Source of the DNA: a virus
Lineage: Duplodnaviria > Heunggongvirae > Uroviricota > Caudoviricetes
IMG/VR virus record: IMGVR_UViG_3300037067_008064
Span: 192,001-256,000 of that record
Length of the DNA: 64,000 nucleotides
Strand: one strand, 5' to 3'
The notes beneath the pieces are model-generated. The model ran no database searches. It was not told the origin of the DNA and saw only the letters and a program-made list of their open reading frames with translations. A program made the position numbers and the translations under genes. Position 1 is the stretch's first letter. Each line of letters opens with the position of its first letter. Shown here piece by piece: positions 9,998 to 20,529 of the stretch.

Positions 9998-12295
9998 TTA
10001 GGTGTTATTAGTATCATTTGGATTTATTAAAGTTGTAACATCTAAACCACTTTTATCAATCAATCCTTGTAACAGTGTTAATAATGAAATAGTTTTTCTT
10101 GTTGAACTACTAGTTTTTTGAACTGTAATATAGTATTTATTAGCAAAAGAATCGAGTATTTCTTGTAAACTAGTTGATTGTTGTGTTTTAATATTTGCAT
10201 TTGAATCTTTTTCACTTTGATTAAATTCTAAGTTAGAAGATTGGTGTTTAAAATATATTCCATTAGTTGCATTTGGGTTTGGACGCGAATCAGCTAAGTG
10301 AGTATCAACTCCAGCTGAACTTAAAGTTTCTTGTAATTTGATAGCAGTTTCTTCTGCATTAGCACCAGCTAATATTTCATAAAATTGATTTTGCGCTGCT
10401 AGATTACTTGGAAATTCTACAGTGATTACGGTGCTCCAATCCGATTTAATTGGATTTAAAGGCCATCCGGCTTCTGATATAGTTCTAATTCTTATTTGAA
10501 CTTTTTCTCCTTTTTGTATTGGAATATCAATTTGATTAATATTTACATCTTCGCCATTTCCAATATTTTCATTTTGCCATTCATAAATTCCCGTTGTATT
10601 ATTAAAAACTTTTATTTTGATTGGTGTTAAAAATGGATTCCAATCACTAAATACACCAGTTATAGTTTGTCCGGTGCTTGAATCAACATGTGTATGTGTT
10701 GTTAAAGCATTACCAGTTCCATCGTTTCTTATATAACGATGTTGAATTTCAAATTGAATATTTTCCTGTAGTGGTGCTCCATCTGCATTTGTAATTGGCC
10801 CTCCTTCTGGTATTTCAAAAAATCCTCTAATTCTATATTTTGGTTCTACTAAAATTTGTGGATTAGCTTTACTAAAATTAATTAAAGTATTAATTAATGA
10901 TTTATAAGAAATTAATTCATTAGCTAATAATGAAATATTAGTATCAATATCTTTTTGTAATTGTGCTCTAGCGGTTGCTGAAGTTTCAGTTTGCATACGA
11001 GCTCTTGCATCACTGACAATATTTCTATATCTATCAATATTAGATTTAGAAGTTACAATAGATTGTTGTGTTGTAAGAATTTCATCATTATTTTGGGTTG
11101 CATTTAATTGTGTATTAATTTGAACAACATCAAATTGTGTGGAGCTAATAGTTGGTGGTATTGGTTTTGAACCATAATATGCTGGTATAAATCTTTCTCT
11201 TGCAAATCCTTCTAAAATTCTAGAATAATCAGTTACATAAGAAGTATAATAATCAGTTAAATAAATATTGTTACTTCCTTCTAATAATAAATCACTACTG
11301 TAAAAACTAATTGAATTACTCCAATCATTTCCTAATAAATTATAATCATCATTAATGCCCTTTAAAAAAATAATGTTACATTCATTAAAATTAATAGGAA
11401 CATAAATTATTTTAGAATTAAATGGATTTGAAAAATAATGAAAATAATCATTTATAACTGGAATTGAAGTACCAGAATAATTACTAATTCTTATTTGTTT
11501 ATTGGCCGTATCAATAAAAGATATAGTAAAAATTGCATTTGAAAAATTAACTTTATCACTATTTTTGAGTGTATATACCTGTGCATTACTTGTATCTGTT
11601 ACAGGATAATAGTTAATATTATCTAATGTATATAATCTGCCACTTGTGTCTGTTGTAATATTAGTGATTTTAAATTCACCATTATAAGGTAGGGTAAATA
11701 ATGGCAAATCAATTACTTGGTTATCTATAATATATGATTTACCAGATTGATTTAAAAAATTTACCATATCAGTATATGACTTATCTGAATTTGCAATTAT
11801 ATTATCTCTAAACCATTGTGTATTTTCTCCATTTTTATTTGTTATTAAAAACCTTTTTACATTAATTCTATCTGACCTATCATCTATTTTTCCTGTTAAA
11901 TCAAATATAGCTTGCATTTGTGGAAACATTAAATTTTCTAAAAATGTATCGCTTTTTGGAGAGAAAAATGAAGGTGTTACTACATTAATTATTTTGGTTG
12001 GTGATTGAGGAAAAGGAATAGTTTTAATAGTTTGGTTCAACCCATTGGATTGATCTAGTGCTATACCACTTCCATTTAAAAAAGCATTAAGAGTGGTGTT
12101 AACATTCGCTAATGAATTTATCATATATTGATATGATGGATATGTTATTAACATACTAGGATCATTAGATTGAATATTAATAGTAGGACTTGTTGCTGTC
12201 ATACTTTGACTCAACCCATATACTAATAACAAACTATTATTTACGGATTTAATTAAATTTTCTACATTTTGTGAAAAAGAATTTACATTAGGCAT
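9998..12295 (-). CDS. Putative virion structural protein with a central coiled coil
   Basis: 765 aa with a heptad-like region and an Fn3-like C-terminal segment (VQIRIRTISEAGW...SDWS). A late-type promoter lies directly upstream. Confidence 0.55.
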   Translation of the reverse strand: MPNVNSFSQNVENLIKSVNNSLLLVYGLSQSMTATSPTINIQSNDPSMLITYPSYQYMINSLANVNTTLNAFLNGSGIALDQSNGLNQTIKTIPFPQSPTKIINVVTPSFFSPKSDTFLENLMFPQMQAIFDLTGKIDDRSDRINVKRFLITNKNGENTQWFRDNIIANSDKSYTDMVNFLNQSGKSYIIDNQVIDLPLFTLPYNGEFKITNITTDTSGRLYTLDNINYYPVTDTSNAQVYTLKNSDKVNFSNAIFTISFIDTANKQIRISNYSGTSIPVINDYFHYFSNPFNSKIIYVPINFNECNIIFLKGINDDYNLLGNDWSNSISFYSSDLLLEGSNNIYLTDYYTSYVTDYSRILEGFARERFIPAYYGSKPIPPTISSTQFDVVQINTQLNATQNNDEILTTQQSIVTSKSNIDRYRNIVSDARARMQTETSATARAQLQKDIDTNISLLANELISYKSLINTLINFSKANPQILVEPKYRIRGFFEIPEGGPITNADGAPLQENIQFEIQHRYIRNDGTGNALTTHTHVDSSTGQTITGVFSDWNPFLTPIKIKVFNNTTGIYEWQNENIGNGEDVNINQIDIPIQKGEKVQIRIRTISEAGWPLNPIKSDWSTVITVEFPSNLAAQNQFYEILAGANAEETAIKLQETLSSAGVDTHLADSRPNPNATNGIYFKHQSSNLEFNQSEKDSNANIKTQQSTSLQEILDSFANKYYITVQKTSSSTRKTISLLTLLQGLIDKSGLDVTTLINPNDTNNT

Positions 12296-12304
12296 AATAT
12301 CTTT

Positions 12305-12319
12305 TTTATTTATATATTC
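12305..12319 (-). promoter_or_regulatory. Putative late-type promoter GAATATATAAATAAA
   Basis: Recurrent motif, immediately after a terminator and 10 nt before the ATG at 12295. Confidence 0.65.
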
Positions 12320-12321
12320 AA

Positions 12322-12367
12322 GTAAAATAAAAACACTCCTAAGAGATGATTATCTTAGGAGTGTTTT
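12322..12367 (-). terminator. Intrinsic terminator closing the glycosylation operon
   Basis: Perfect 15-bp stem AAAACACTCCTAAGA / TCTTAGGAGTGTTTT (12330-12344 / 12353-12367) with an 8-nt loop and a U-rich tail on the minus strand. Confidence 0.8.
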
Positions 12368-12389
12368 CAAATATAAAAGAAATTATAAG

Positions 12390-14438
12390 TTACACTTTAT
12401 TTTTAACATAAGAATCAATTTTTTCAATTACTTGTTGGCCTGTTATAACTTTTGAACATTCAAATTGTTGATCGGTTCCTCTATTTACTGGGCACCAATC
12501 CCAAAGACCTTTATCAAATTCAAATCTAACATCATTAAAGCATCCAGTACAAACATTTTCTTTTGGAAATATTCTAATAGAATCTGACATTTCATTATAT
12601 TCACTTGTACAACCAGATATTAAAACTACTTTTTTTCCTAAAGCCCAAGCAAGCCAAGTTAATCCGGTGCTTATTCCAACAAAAAATTCACAGTTTACAA
12701 TATCGGTTATTCTTTCTTGAATATCAATATCGCCCGTTAAATCAATAATTCCTTTTGGTAAATTATTACCCATGAAACCATTACCTTCTTTTGAAATACA
12801 TAATGTGTTAAATTTAAATTCCTTTTTGACATGATCAACTATTTCTTGCCACCCTGTTTTATTATTCCAATATTTTGATTGTGCTGTTGAATGTGGGGCT
12901 ATACAAATATATGGTTCACGAAATCTTTTAGATGATTTTTTAATGAAAATTTTTGCTTTAATTTCTCCCAATTCAAAGAAATCTAATTCTAAACAATCAC
13001 AGGCAACTTCTTGTAAATTTAATATTCTTGGGTCTGTTTTATTAAGGTCTTTATTTACATCATATACATAACCAATTTTATAAGATGCATAAAAATCTAC
13101 TCCAACATTTACATCTGGTATAACAAATTTTATATCTTTATATTCTTTTTCAAATAATCCATTCCAAAATGTTGCACAATATAATATACAATTATGTTTC
13201 TTTCTAAATTCTTCCGCATAAGGCATCCAAGCTATTGTATCTCCTAATGATTTACTATCTAATAATATATAAACATTTGTATTGGTTAAATCCATTTTAT
13301 GACTAGTTATTAATTCTCCATCTTTATATACATTAGATACCCAGTTAGTATACCACATTCTATTTGCTTTACACCAATGTTGTGGTTTTATAGTAGTATT
13401 ATATATAACTAATCCAGAATCATCATCTATAAATTCAACTTTATATTCATAATTTGATGCGCCCAAAATTTCTACTTTAGGGCCAAAATTAAAAGTTGTT
13501 TCTATTTTATCTATAAATTCTTTTTGTTTTGTAATTTTAGTAGTTTCATATAAATTTATGAGTCTTTCTTTCATAGTTAACTCATCATTTTTAATTTCTT
13601 CATTTAACATTTTTTTAAATTCTTTTGTGTTAACATTACTATCATAATATAATTGTAGTGGTATACTTATTTCTTTTTCTTTTTCTTTTTGATCTTTATA
13701 ATGTCCTCCAACTAATTCTTGATTTTCAGGTAATTTATTTAAAACCTGTTGTGCAATTGGTAAAATTTCTTTTTCAATATAAACATTATATTCTTCTTTA
13801 TAATCTATATTTAAAATATCACATGTAACCTGCGCATCGTTTAAATCTTTCCAATTAGTTTTATTTCTAAATGAATCATAATAATAAGCAACATCAGCTA
13901 CTTGAGGATATGAAAATTCAAATATACCAAATTTTTTAGTTGAAAAATCTTCTATATTATATTTACCAATATGATATGATGCATAAAAATCTATATTATC
14001 TGGAAAATTAATTTTATTTATTAAATCTGGAAACTCTTTTTTAATTGTAGAATTTAATACATTATGATTTTGATTTAAATTTATAAACCCAATACATTTA
14101 TGTTTTTTAACAAAATCATTAATTATAATAAGAGAATTTAATATTGAATTATATTCTGAAAAATCAATTTCAAAATAAACATTTTTACTTTGTAAATTAA
14201 AATAATGACAATCAACTAATTTAAGTTCATTTTCTTTAATTTTATAGATATTTATCACCCATTTTGTATACCATTCACGAAATGGTGTATATGTGCACAT
14301 ATCTTTTACTATCGCAGAATGCATTAATTTGTGTTCTCCTGCGTCTGAGTGTTCTAAGAATTCACATAAATAGGAATCACCATCTCCAAATTGAATATCA
14401 ACAGTGGGGCCAAAATTAAATTTATATGTTACTGCCAT
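12390..14438 (-). CDS. TibC/Aah-family (autotransporter-type) protein O-heptosyltransferase homologue with a duplicated N-terminal region
   Basis: FNFGPKV, SLGDTIAWMPY, PYICIA...KYWNN..GW, FFVGISTGLTWLAWA..KKVVLISG, and the four-Cys iron finger CTGCFND...WCP...FECSKVIT. Confidence 0.85.
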   Translation of the reverse strand: MAVTYKFNFGPTVDIQFGDGDSYLCEFLEHSDAGEHKLMHSAIVKDMCTYTPFREWYTKWVINIYKIKENELKLVDCHYFNLQSKNVYFEIDFSEYNSILNSLIIINDFVKKHKCIGFINLNQNHNVLNSTIKKEFPDLINKINFPDNIDFYASYHIGKYNIEDFSTKKFGIFEFSYPQVADVAYYYDSFRNKTNWKDLNDAQVTCDILNIDYKEEYNVYIEKEILPIAQQVLNKLPENQELVGGHYKDQKEKEKEISIPLQLYYDSNVNTKEFKKMLNEEIKNDELTMKERLINLYETTKITKQKEFIDKIETTFNFGPKVEILGASNYEYKVEFIDDDSGLVIYNTTIKPQHWCKANRMWYTNWVSNVYKDGELITSHKMDLTNTNVYILLDSKSLGDTIAWMPYAEEFRKKHNCILYCATFWNGLFEKEYKDIKFVIPDVNVGVDFYASYKIGYVYDVNKDLNKTDPRILNLQEVACDCLELDFFELGEIKAKIFIKKSSKRFREPYICIAPHSTAQSKYWNNKTGWQEIVDHVKKEFKFNTLCISKEGNGFMGNNLPKGIIDLTGDIDIQERITDIVNCEFFVGISTGLTWLAWALGKKVVLISGCTSEYNEMSDSIRIFPKENVCTGCFNDVRFEFDKGLWDWCPVNRGTDQQFECSKVITGQQVIEKIDSYVKNKV

Positions 14439-16038
14439 TTTTAATATATGTTTTATCGTTAATAACTAAAATATCTATAGTATTATCCATTAAATATTTT
14501 AAAGCTTTTTCTGGATTTTCTAATATAGGTTCGCCATGTCCATTAAATGATGTGTTCAAAAGAACTGGAATACCAGAAATTAAATTATATTCTTGCAAAA
14601 TATTAAAGAATTTACTGCCATTCATTTTAGTTACAATTTGTGGTCTGGCAGTATGATCAATATCGTGAACCACTGCCGGTATTCTATCTATCCATTCTTT
14701 TCTTGTGTCATAACAAATAGTCATAAACTCAGCAGTATATAAAGATTTAGTACATTCAAATGGAATATTTTCATAATCCCCTAAAACAATAGGTGCAAAT
14801 GGCATTATTTCATGTCTTTTTAATCTTTTATTTAATTCTTCATGCATCCATAAATCTGTTGCTCTTGTTAATATACTTCTTGAACCAAGAGCTCTTGGGC
14901 CATATTCTATTTTCCCATCAAATATTCCTATTATTTTTCCTTCATTTAAATACGTTGCTATATGTTGAGGATGATAAGCAGAAATTTTTACATTGTTATT
15001 AACAAATTCTTCAAGTTCTGAATTAGTATGAAAAATTATATTAGCAATTTCATCATCAGAATATTCAGTTCCTAAAAAAACATTATCAAAAGCATGTATT
15101 TTATATTCACCTAATTCAACCGCTTTAATTATTGCAGCACCTAATGCTAAACCATCATCTCCCATCGGTGGGTATACATAAATTTCATCTACCCAAGGTA
15201 TTTCATTTATATGTTTATTCATTTTAACATTTGCAAATATTCCACCCGCTAAAGCTAGTTTATTATATTCAGAATATTTTTTTAATAAATCTTTAATGTA
15301 TTGAATTACACAGTTTTCTGTTAAAGCTTGAAGAGTTGCAGCAATATTTTTTCTTTTCTTTTCATCAGTAAAATAATCTAATTTTTTTAAATAATCACAA
15401 ACAAAAATAGTTCTTGTAGTAGTTGCTGGGTTTAAAAATTTAAGATTTTTATAATCTACACAACTTGAAAATAATTTAAGAACCATTTTATCTATTTTTC
15501 CGTGCCCTGCCATACCCATTATTTTTCCTTCATCCTTTAACATTTTCCAACCCATAGCTTCGGTAACTTGCATCCATAATTGTCCTAATGAACCACTGGT
15601 TTGTATTGGCAAAGAGTGTACTTCTTCTATTTTATTTTGATAACCAAGATATACTTTTCCATAATGAAATTGCCCACCGCCGTCTAAAGTTATTATTAAT
15701 ACCTTATCATCATATTTATAATTTGATGTATAATAAGCTCCAGCTGCATGACAATGATGGTGACTATAAAAATCACTATGTTTAATTTCATTTTTAATTG
15801 ATTCTATATAAATTCTTGGGTGTGGTTCACACCAACAAACATAATCAAAATCAGAAATGCCAATATTATATTTAGTATATAATTTTTCAAGTGACATAAT
15901 TGGTTTAGCACCAAAATCAAATATTGATTTAATACCCTTTGTTTTTTCTTCTTCTAAGCAAAATTCAATTTTACCATCATTAATAAATGCAATATTTGCA
16001 TTATGTGTTCCTCCAAATATCCCTAATATTTTACTCAT
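14422..16038 (-). CDS. O-carbamoyltransferase (NodU/CmcH/TobZ family)
   Basis: HHHCHA, LDGGG, EGKIMGMA, LAGGIFANVKMN, PPMGDDG, EYGPRALGSRSIL, PFAP, LLNTSFNGHGEPI. Confidence 0.93.
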   Translation of the reverse strand: MSKILGIFGGTHNANIAFINDGKIEFCLEEEKTKGIKSIFDFGAKPIMSLEKLYTKYNIGISDFDYVCWCEPHPRIYIESIKNEIKHSDFYSHHHCHAAGAYYTSNYKYDDKVLIITLDGGGQFHYGKVYLGYQNKIEEVHSLPIQTSGSLGQLWMQVTEAMGWKMLKDEGKIMGMAGHGKIDKMVLKLFSSCVDYKNLKFLNPATTTRTIFVCDYLKKLDYFTDEKKRKNIAATLQALTENCVIQYIKDLLKKYSEYNKLALAGGIFANVKMNKHINEIPWVDEIYVYPPMGDDGLALGAAIIKAVELGEYKIHAFDNVFLGTEYSDDEIANIIFHTNSELEEFVNNNVKISAYHPQHIATYLNEGKIIGIFDGKIEYGPRALGSRSILTRATDLWMHEELNKRLKRHEIMPFAPIVLGDYENIPFECTKSLYTAEFMTICYDTRKEWIDRIPAVVHDIDHTARPQIVTKMNGSKFFNILQEYNLISGIPVLLNTSFNGHGEPILENPEKALKYLMDNTIDILVINDKTYIKNGSNI

Positions 16039-16039
16039 A

Positions 16040-17044
16040 TTATTTTTTTGTTACTGTTGTTTCTTTATTTAATTTATTAAAAAAATCTGAATTTAAAAGA
16101 TAGAAATCATCTAGTTTTTTATCTTTAGTTTTAATTGAAATAAAATTATTTTCTTTGTTAATATTATTAATATCTTCACAAAGTATTAAATTATACCATA
16201 TATTATAATTAACATCTATATTAATATTTAAATCTTTTCCAGTTATAATATATGTTGGTACATTATGTTTATTAGTATTTATTGTCCAAAAATAAAGTTT
16301 GTTATTAAAGACATATAAAACATAAAAAGGAATACTTAATGTTGATTTATTTATATTAAGTAACCCGGGTAAAATATTAAAATTTTCTTTAATAGCATCA
16401 TCCCAATTTATAATCTTTTTAATAAGCGGTTTATTGGGTTCTATAAAATTATTATAATAAAAACTTTCATAAGAATTAAGATATTCATCAATGTATATTT
16501 TTTTTATTTTTTCAGGGTCTTGTGTAAATAAATTAAAATCAAAAATTTTTAAATTATATAAATGAAAAGATGTGTACATTGGTATAATTGGATTATTTGT
16601 AGAATAAATAATGCTACTATATTTTTTTTCTTCAAATATTTTAATACAATCTTCTATTTCTTTATCATCAATTAAATAATGATCATAATCAATATACACT
16701 GCATAATCATATCCTAATGATTTAGCAAATGTTAATGGAAAAGTTAAATAATATACAGCTGGTATATATATATTTAATTTAAATGTTGTTACTTCAACAT
16801 CTTTAGTATCAAAAGTATATTGAACTTTGTAATTAATATTTTCTCCTTGCCATATTAAATTTCTGCTATCATAAAAACAATAATCAGATATTTTTTGTAT
16901 TTCTTCTGGAATATAAGTATGATTAACAAGAAGAGTATCATACTTATTAAATTTTTTGATATGCATTATACAATCATATGTGTTCTTTAAAATTTCTAAA
17001 GAATTAATATATGTGCCTATTATGAATAAAATTTTTGATTTCAT
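16040..17044 (-). CDS. Putative GT-A fold glycosyltransferase
   Basis: N-terminal beta strand KILFIIGTY and a DxD motif (AVYIDYD). Lies in the glycan operon and is distantly paralogous to 17623..18588. Confidence 0.5.
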   Translation of the reverse strand: MKSKILFIIGTYINSLEILKNTYDCIMHIKKFNKYDTLLVNHTYIPEEIQKISDYCFYDSRNLIWQGENINYKVQYTFDTKDVEVTTFKLNIYIPAVYYLTFPLTFAKSLGYDYAVYIDYDHYLIDDKEIEDCIKIFEEKKYSSIIYSTNNPIIPMYTSFHLYNLKIFDFNLFTQDPEKIKKIYIDEYLNSYESFYYNNFIEPNKPLIKKIINWDDAIKENFNILPGLLNINKSTLSIPFYVLYVFNNKLYFWTINTNKHNVPTYIITGKDLNINIDVNYNIWYNLILCEDINNINKENNFISIKTKDKKLDDFYLLNSDFFNKLNKETTVTKK

Positions 17045-17045
17045 T

Positions 17046-17618
17046 TTATTTTGAATAAAAAATTCTTCTGTCTTTTTTTCTCATTAAAAAACTTAACCCC
17101 ATTTCATTAATTGGAAAAGTGACAATATTCAATTCCGGATGTTCTTTTTCAATATAATCAATTATTTTATAAGAAGATGAACAAAAATTATCTGTTAATA
17201 ATCTTTTATCTAATGGGTCAGTGTCATGAAATATTATAATCCCGAATTTATTTAATACTTTCAAAGAATTTTCAAAATCAATTTTTACTTGTTCAATTCT
17301 ATGATCACCATCTATAAAAATAATATCAAATGTATTTTGATTTTGATTAAAGAAATTATCAGTTGTTGTGTTGTGAATAATAATATTATGTTCTTTTACA
17401 TTTATTTTAGATGTATCTATATCAACACCAACATAAATATCTACTAATGATTTTAGTTGTTTAATATGTTCTTGATCTTCTCCAATTCCTAATTCTAAAA
17501 AAGTTTTACAATTCGTTAAATTGACTAACAAGAAAATTAAAGAATAATAAGAATCTTTTTGTGGTAAATTACCAATAAAATCTATCCCAAAATATCTAGA
17601 AAATGCATATTCATTCAT
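17046..17618 (-). CDS. Class I SAM-dependent methyltransferase (Methyltransf_24-like; probable sugar O-methyltransferase)
   Basis: FLELGIG, VGVDID, FDIIFIDGDH, GIIIFHD. Confidence 0.85.
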   Translation of the reverse strand: MNEYAFSRYFGIDFIGNLPQKDSYYSLIFLLVNLTNCKTFLELGIGEDQEHIKQLKSLVDIYVGVDIDTSKINVKEHNIIIHNTTTDNFFNQNQNTFDIIFIDGDHRIEQVKIDFENSLKVLNKFGIIIFHDTDPLDKRLLTDNFCSSSYKIIDYIEKEHPELNIVTFPINEMGLSFLMRKKDRRIFYSK

Positions 17619-17622
17619 TTGT

Positions 17623-18588
17623 TTAAAGTTTAATTATTATATAATTTGTAATATCATAAGATTTTTTAGAAACACCATTATATTCTATTATTAAATCTGT
17701 TAATAACATGTTAGTTTCTATATCTGCATATAAAAGATTTTCAAATTTATTAAACATATTTTTAGTTATATCTAATTTCATAACTATATTATCTGAAAAT
17801 TTAATATTTAAAGTAAAATTAAAAACATCTTTCATATTATAAATGAATAAATTAATTTTATTATCTTTATTTTTATGTGGAAATATAGTAAAATTTTTAA
17901 AATCTAAAATATTATCTGTTATTTGTCTACTATCAACTACAGAATCAATAAAAATATCAGAATTTTCTACTTCATTAACATTAAAAATATCATATAAATA
18001 ATTTTCAAACATTTGATATTTATTAACATATTCTTCCATAGTAATTTTAAATGATTCAACAAATTTTTTAATGTCAAACATAAATAAAAATGGATTTATA
18101 GATTTATTTGGTAATATTTCATTAGGGTTAAAAGAATTAAATGACATTCCTGAAACATATGTTAAAGCTATATTTTTATAATTACCATCTAAAAATCTAT
18201 TTATTTCATTAAATACAATATCGTTTAATACAATATCATATGTTACAAATATCATATGTGTATAATTACTATTTAAAAGAAAATCAGATGCAAGTTTTAA
18301 ATGTCTCATTACAGAATAACCATAATCATAATATTCTCTAATTAAAACGTGACCATGAGATTTAACCCAAGTAACAAGTGGTTTTTCGCTAATTGAATTA
18401 GTTTCATCATAAATATAATAATTCACATTATCATATAAAGTTTTATCTAATTTGATTCTATTGGATGATAATAAAATATCTAAATTACAATTTTCTTTTA
18501 TTTTTTTAATATTATCTAATAAAATATTTTGTTTTATTTCAGAATCACAAAATGAAGGAATAACAATACATGCTTTTTTTCTTTCCAT
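17623..18588 (-). CDS. Putative GT-A fold glycosyltransferase-like protein
   Basis: KACIVIPSF, DILLSS, YYIYDETN and IFVTYD align with 16040..17044; operon context. Confidence 0.45.
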   Translation of the reverse strand: MERKKACIVIPSFCDSEIKQNILLDNIKKIKENCNLDILLSSNRIKLDKTLYDNVNYYIYDETNSISEKPLVTWVKSHGHVLIREYYDYGYSVMRHLKLASDFLLNSNYTHMIFVTYDIVLNDIVFNEINRFLDGNYKNIALTYVSGMSFNSFNPNEILPNKSINPFLFMFDIKKFVESFKITMEEYVNKYQMFENYLYDIFNVNEVENSDIFIDSVVDSRQITDNILDFKNFTIFPHKNKDNKINLFIYNMKDVFNFTLNIKFSDNIVMKLDITKNMFNKFENLLYADIETNMLLTDLIIEYNGVSKKSYDITNYIIIKL

Positions 18589-18599
18589 AGTTTATTTAT

Positions 18600-19877
18600 T
18601 TATGGTTTAACTAAATACCATGTGCCCCAGTATTCTTTAGTAACTTTAAAATTTAAATTATTAGTTTCACAAAATTCTAATACTGCTTTATTAACTCCAT
18701 ATTCACCCATATATCTTTCTCCTATATAAACATGCACGTTTCCATTTTCATTAACAAAATTTGGATTCCAATCACCTATAAAATCATGTCCGCAAAATAT
18801 TCCACCAGACCTTAATTTAGGCCACCAACATTCTAAATCTTCTTTAACAAATTTATAATCATGATTAGCATCAATATAAATAAAATCAAAAAAATTATCG
18901 TAAAACATTTCGGATGCTTTGACAGATTTTGAACGAATTAATGTACATCTATCTTCTAATCCTTTTAAATTATTAAAAGTCTCTGCTATAAGTTCTGTAA
19001 GACTTTCTATAATTAAAAAAGGATATTCATTTTTACTAAGTTCTTTCCAAACATCTACACAATATAAATGACCAGGCCAATTATCTAAAATTGTTTTAGC
19101 ATAAAATCCAACATAAGTACCAACTTCTAATCCTCTAAAAATACAATTTTTATTAATTAAAAAATCTGGTAATTCATTTCTATAATTAAGTTCAATATCT
19201 TTGTTGTTTAAATAATTATGTAATCCATACATATATTCTACATCTCTTTTTCTATCGGCAGATTTAAATCTAAAATGATAGTTATTGGTTGTATCTAATT
19301 CATTAAAATTTTTAAGATGATGTTCAACATCAATTCTCCATGCATCATCGTATTTATAATCATAATTAAGAAAATTTCCAATTGCCATATCATCAAATTG
19401 ATTTTCTTTTATTTGATTTAATAACTGAATTTTATTATCCACTAATTGTTGGGTAATATCTTTTGACATAATAATACTAGCACCCGAAATATATGTAATC
19501 GGCTCATAAAAATAATTTATAACTCCATAATACAAATTTTCTGTGGGTTTATTGTTTATTTTTTCGAATAATTTTTCAAATATAAAATAACTACATAAAT
19601 TAGTTCTTAATAAATAATCATATTCATAATTTTTGTTGATATATTCTATTGCTAATAATGTTTTCTCTAAAATATTTTCCCAATTTTCTTTTATGGGACA
19701 ATATATCTTATCATTATCAACTTCAAATTTATCGTGATTACCGTAAACAAAAAAATATTTAATACTATCTGTTTCTTTAATATTACTTAACCAAGTATTT
19801 CTTTGTGCTTGTTCAAATTCTTTATAAATTCCATCATCACAAGCAATTATTAATATAATTAATTTAAATTTTTCCAT
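18600..19877 (-). CDS. Fusion of a GT31 (galactosyltransferase-like) domain and a SAM methyltransferase
   Basis: N-half: RNTW, KYFFVYG, EKTLLAIEY, YDYLLRTN, YISGA, DDMAIG. C-half: LEVGTYVG, FDFIYIDANH, GGIFCGHD. Confidence 0.8.
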   Translation of the reverse strand: MEKFKLIILIIACDDGIYKEFEQAQRNTWLSNIKETDSIKYFFVYGNHDKFEVDNDKIYCPIKENWENILEKTLLAIEYINKNYEYDYLLRTNLCSYFIFEKLFEKINNKPTENLYYGVINYFYEPITYISGASIIMSKDITQQLVDNKIQLLNQIKENQFDDMAIGNFLNYDYKYDDAWRIDVEHHLKNFNELDTTNNYHFRFKSADRKRDVEYMYGLHNYLNNKDIELNYRNELPDFLINKNCIFRGLEVGTYVGFYAKTILDNWPGHLYCVDVWKELSKNEYPFLIIESLTELIAETFNNLKGLEDRCTLIRSKSVKASEMFYDNFFDFIYIDANHDYKFVKEDLECWWPKLRSGGIFCGHDFIGDWNPNFVNENGNVHVYIGERYMGEYGVNKAVLEFCETNNLNFKVTKEYWGTWYLVKP

Positions 19878-20527
19878 TATCTATCAATTCTTACTGGAGG
19901 TTTTCTTAATTTTTTTTCAATTACAATTACACTATCATAATAATGTATACTATTTGTATGTGTTGTAAATTTAGTTATTGGTAATTCATTAGGTATTAAA
20001 GCACTAAAAGCATTTAGTTTATCAATAAGTTTTTTACTATATTCAATAAATGAATTTGGATTTTCAAGCCCACCACCATAATTTTTATTATAAGAAGTAT
20101 GTAAATCTTCACATAAATAAATTCCCCCATCCTTTATGTGATCATATAGTTCTTCAAATGTAATTATTTGTTCTTCCATTCTATGACCACCATCATCTAT
20201 TAATATGTCTATTTTTGGAATTTGTGTTTTGAGTTCTCTTAAAAATTCTCTATCAGATTGTGAACCAATTATAATTTTAATATTTTTTCCTTCAACAATA
20301 TTTTGACAATTAGCATCATTATCAATACCATATATTTTTGCATTTTCACCAAAATAATCTTCCCACATTAAAAGACTTCCACCTTTCCATACTCCAATTT
20401 CTAAAATAACTATTTCTTTATTTCTAAATTTTGAAAAATGTGTATCATAAATATCAAAATATTGAGTCCATTTAGTTATTGGAATTTCTAATCTTTTATT
20501 TTTAAAAAAATATTCTAAATCATTCAT
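19877..20527 (-). CDS. Class I SAM-dependent methyltransferase, similar to sugar O-methyltransferases
   Basis: ILEIGVWKGGSL, IYGID, GSQSD, DILIDDGGH, GGIYLCEDLHTSY. Confidence 0.85.
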   Translation of the reverse strand: MNDLEYFFKNKRLEIPITKWTQYFDIYDTHFSKFRNKEIVILEIGVWKGGSLLMWEDYFGENAKIYGIDNDANCQNIVEGKNIKIIIGSQSDREFLRELKTQIPKIDILIDDGGHRMEEQIITFEELYDHIKDGGIYLCEDLHTSYNKNYGGGLENPNSFIEYSKKLIDKLNAFSALIPNELPITKFTTHTNSIHYYDSVIVIEKKLRKPPVRIDR

Positions 20528-20529
20528 AA

